IMG/VR virus record: IMGVR_UViG_3300037466_003369
Span: 1 to 64,000 of that record
DNA from: a virus
Lineage: Duplodnaviria > Caudoviricetes
DNA length: 64,000 nucleotides
Strand: one strand, 5' to 3'
Part shown: positions 62,844 to 64,000 of the stretch, piece by piece
Numbering within the stretch: the stretch's first letter is position 1
Layout: each line of letters opens with the position of its first letter
The notes under the pieces: model-generated
Databases searched by the model: none
What the model was told of the DNA's origin: nothing
Seen by the model: the letters and a program-made list of their open reading frames with translations, nothing else
Made by a program: the position numbers and the translations under genes

Positions 62844-63547
62844 CCCGTCGCGCCCCGAATTTTCGCCTTGGTCTCAAGGGTCTTTGCAATCGATTCGGGT
62901 GTCTGAAGAGAGTATACACCGGTTGCCCTCATCCTGGCCCAGCGCGCCTTGGCCTTTGCGGACATGATCGCTCTGGCTTCAGGAGTGCATTTATGACCCG
63001 CAGCACGCCGATTCCCCAACGCCTTCCGGGACATCTTCTCCAGCTCCTCAGGCGTGTGTCTTCGTCCAAAGATGATGACCCTCGGTCTCAGAATTTTTTC
63101 CGCCTTCGGTTTTGGCGGATACCGCAACCTCTTGGTGTCGGAGATTTTCTTGATGGTCTCCGCAGAATGACACCGCCCCTTTAGCGCTTTGGAAATGGCT
63201 CTTCGCGTCCTGGGCGACATCGTCTTTCCGCGATGAACCGCACTGATCTTGGCCCTGACCTCTGTGGTCATCTCGACTTTCCCGGCGATTTTCGAGTTAT
63301 TGTATCGAGGACATAGAGCATCGATGCATGCCTGCTCGTACATAATCCTGTCCTCTGGAAGACAGATCAGAACAATGAAAAGTTCAAGGTTTCCGTATTT
63401 CTTAAACGCTCGGCTAAGGGCTTCATTCTTATGAAGACCAAGTCTTAGCTCACGCATGTGAGTGTTGTATCTTTTCCTGATATTCTTGCTCGATCCGATG
63501 TAAAAGTTATCGGACGGTGCGACTAGCTTGTAGACGCCGCAGGTCAT
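62834..63547 (-). mobile_element. Free-standing GIY-YIG homing endonuclease with NUMOD3-like repeats
   Basis: GVYKL...FYIGSS.NIRKR...H; HSAETIKKIS, HTPEELEKMS, CTPEARAIMS; low GC. Confidence 0.85.
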
Positions 63548-63834
63548 ATCTTGATCCCCGCCGCCTGGAGCTTCATGTCGCAGTCCATCTCGATCCGGGC
63601 GATGGCCTGATCGCGGAAGGCGTTGGCCTGATCGTCCAGGATGGCGGCGAACTCCTTGGAGAGGTCGTCGTAGCCCGGCACAAGGCTCCCGGTGTTCCAG
63701 CGCACGACGATCTTGGCGCTGCTGAGGTCCACCGTCTTCCAGGCCTGGATGCGGTCGCGGCGATCCAGGGCGTCCGCGGCGGCGCGCAGGTCCAGTGCGG
63801 TGGGGGTCCTGGGTTCAGGCGCTGGCGAGGGCAT
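63544..63834 (-). CDS. Hypothetical protein
   Basis: ATGA overlap with the endonuclease gene. Confidence 0.6.
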   Translation of the reverse strand: MPSPAPEPRTPTALDLRAAADALDRRDRIQAWKTVDLSSAKIVVRWNTGSLVPGYDDLSKEFAAILDDQANAFRDQAIARIEMDCDMKLQAAGIKI

Positions 63835-64000
63835 CGGCGTGCTCCATGAGCTTGAGGTGGGACATGAGCTGGAGGCCCAGGAACTTGGTGTAGACCGGCG
63901 GGATGGCCTCGGAGAGTTCGTCCAGGGTCATCGCGCCGACTTCGATGCCAAGCGCCTCGGCGGCGGCCTGCCGGTGGCCGCCCTCCCAGACGTCCTTCGT
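63815..64000 (-). CDS. C-terminal fragment of a second DNA cytosine methyltransferase-like protein (partial)
   Basis: Read manually: ...ALGIEVGAMTLDELSEAIPPVYTKFLGLQL, matching the usual C5-MTase terminal motif X pattern. Confidence 0.6.
   Translation of the reverse strand, partial: TKDVWEGGHRQAAAEALGIEVGAMTLDELSEAIPPVYTKFLGLQLMSHLKLMEHADALASA

Overview
The whole window is one high-GC tailed-phage genome segment; no host genes, integrase or CRISPR array were seen. Layout: (i) 0.9-5.4 kb, + strand: Toprim primase/SF3 helicase and a small C5 DNA methyltransferase; (ii) 5.36-5.66 kb: an AT-rich, inverted-repeat-flanked purine tract; (iii) 5.7-41.2 kb, + strand: a late operon headed by a NusG paralog, then terminase, DUF1073-type portal, MuF, DUF2213, DUF2184 capsid, contractile tail (DUF3383 sheath), baseplate, fibres and a lysis cassette, ending at an intrinsic terminator; (iv) 41.2-64 kb, - strand: early/replication genes (ThyX, SNF2 helicase, DnaE-type polymerase, VRR-NUC nuclease, many small ORFs) plus a + strand tRNA-Gln. 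The gene set resembles PB1/BcepF1-like myoviruses; an alphaproteobacterial, possibly Caulobacteraceae, host is an inference. The best candidate for a new system is at 9.2-15.1 kb. The portal carries a C-terminal RelA/SpoT-family small alarmone synthetase domain. A 62-aa ORF sits tail-to-tail with it on the opposite strand and has its own copy of a promoter motif otherwise found in front of early genes (candidate pre-expressed immunity gene). The DUF2213 head protein carries an N-terminal Nudix hydrolase. A recurring A-[FMQ]-D motif (putative maturation cleavage site) lies at both cargo boundaries. All family assignments are by motif recognition by eye; no database searches were run.
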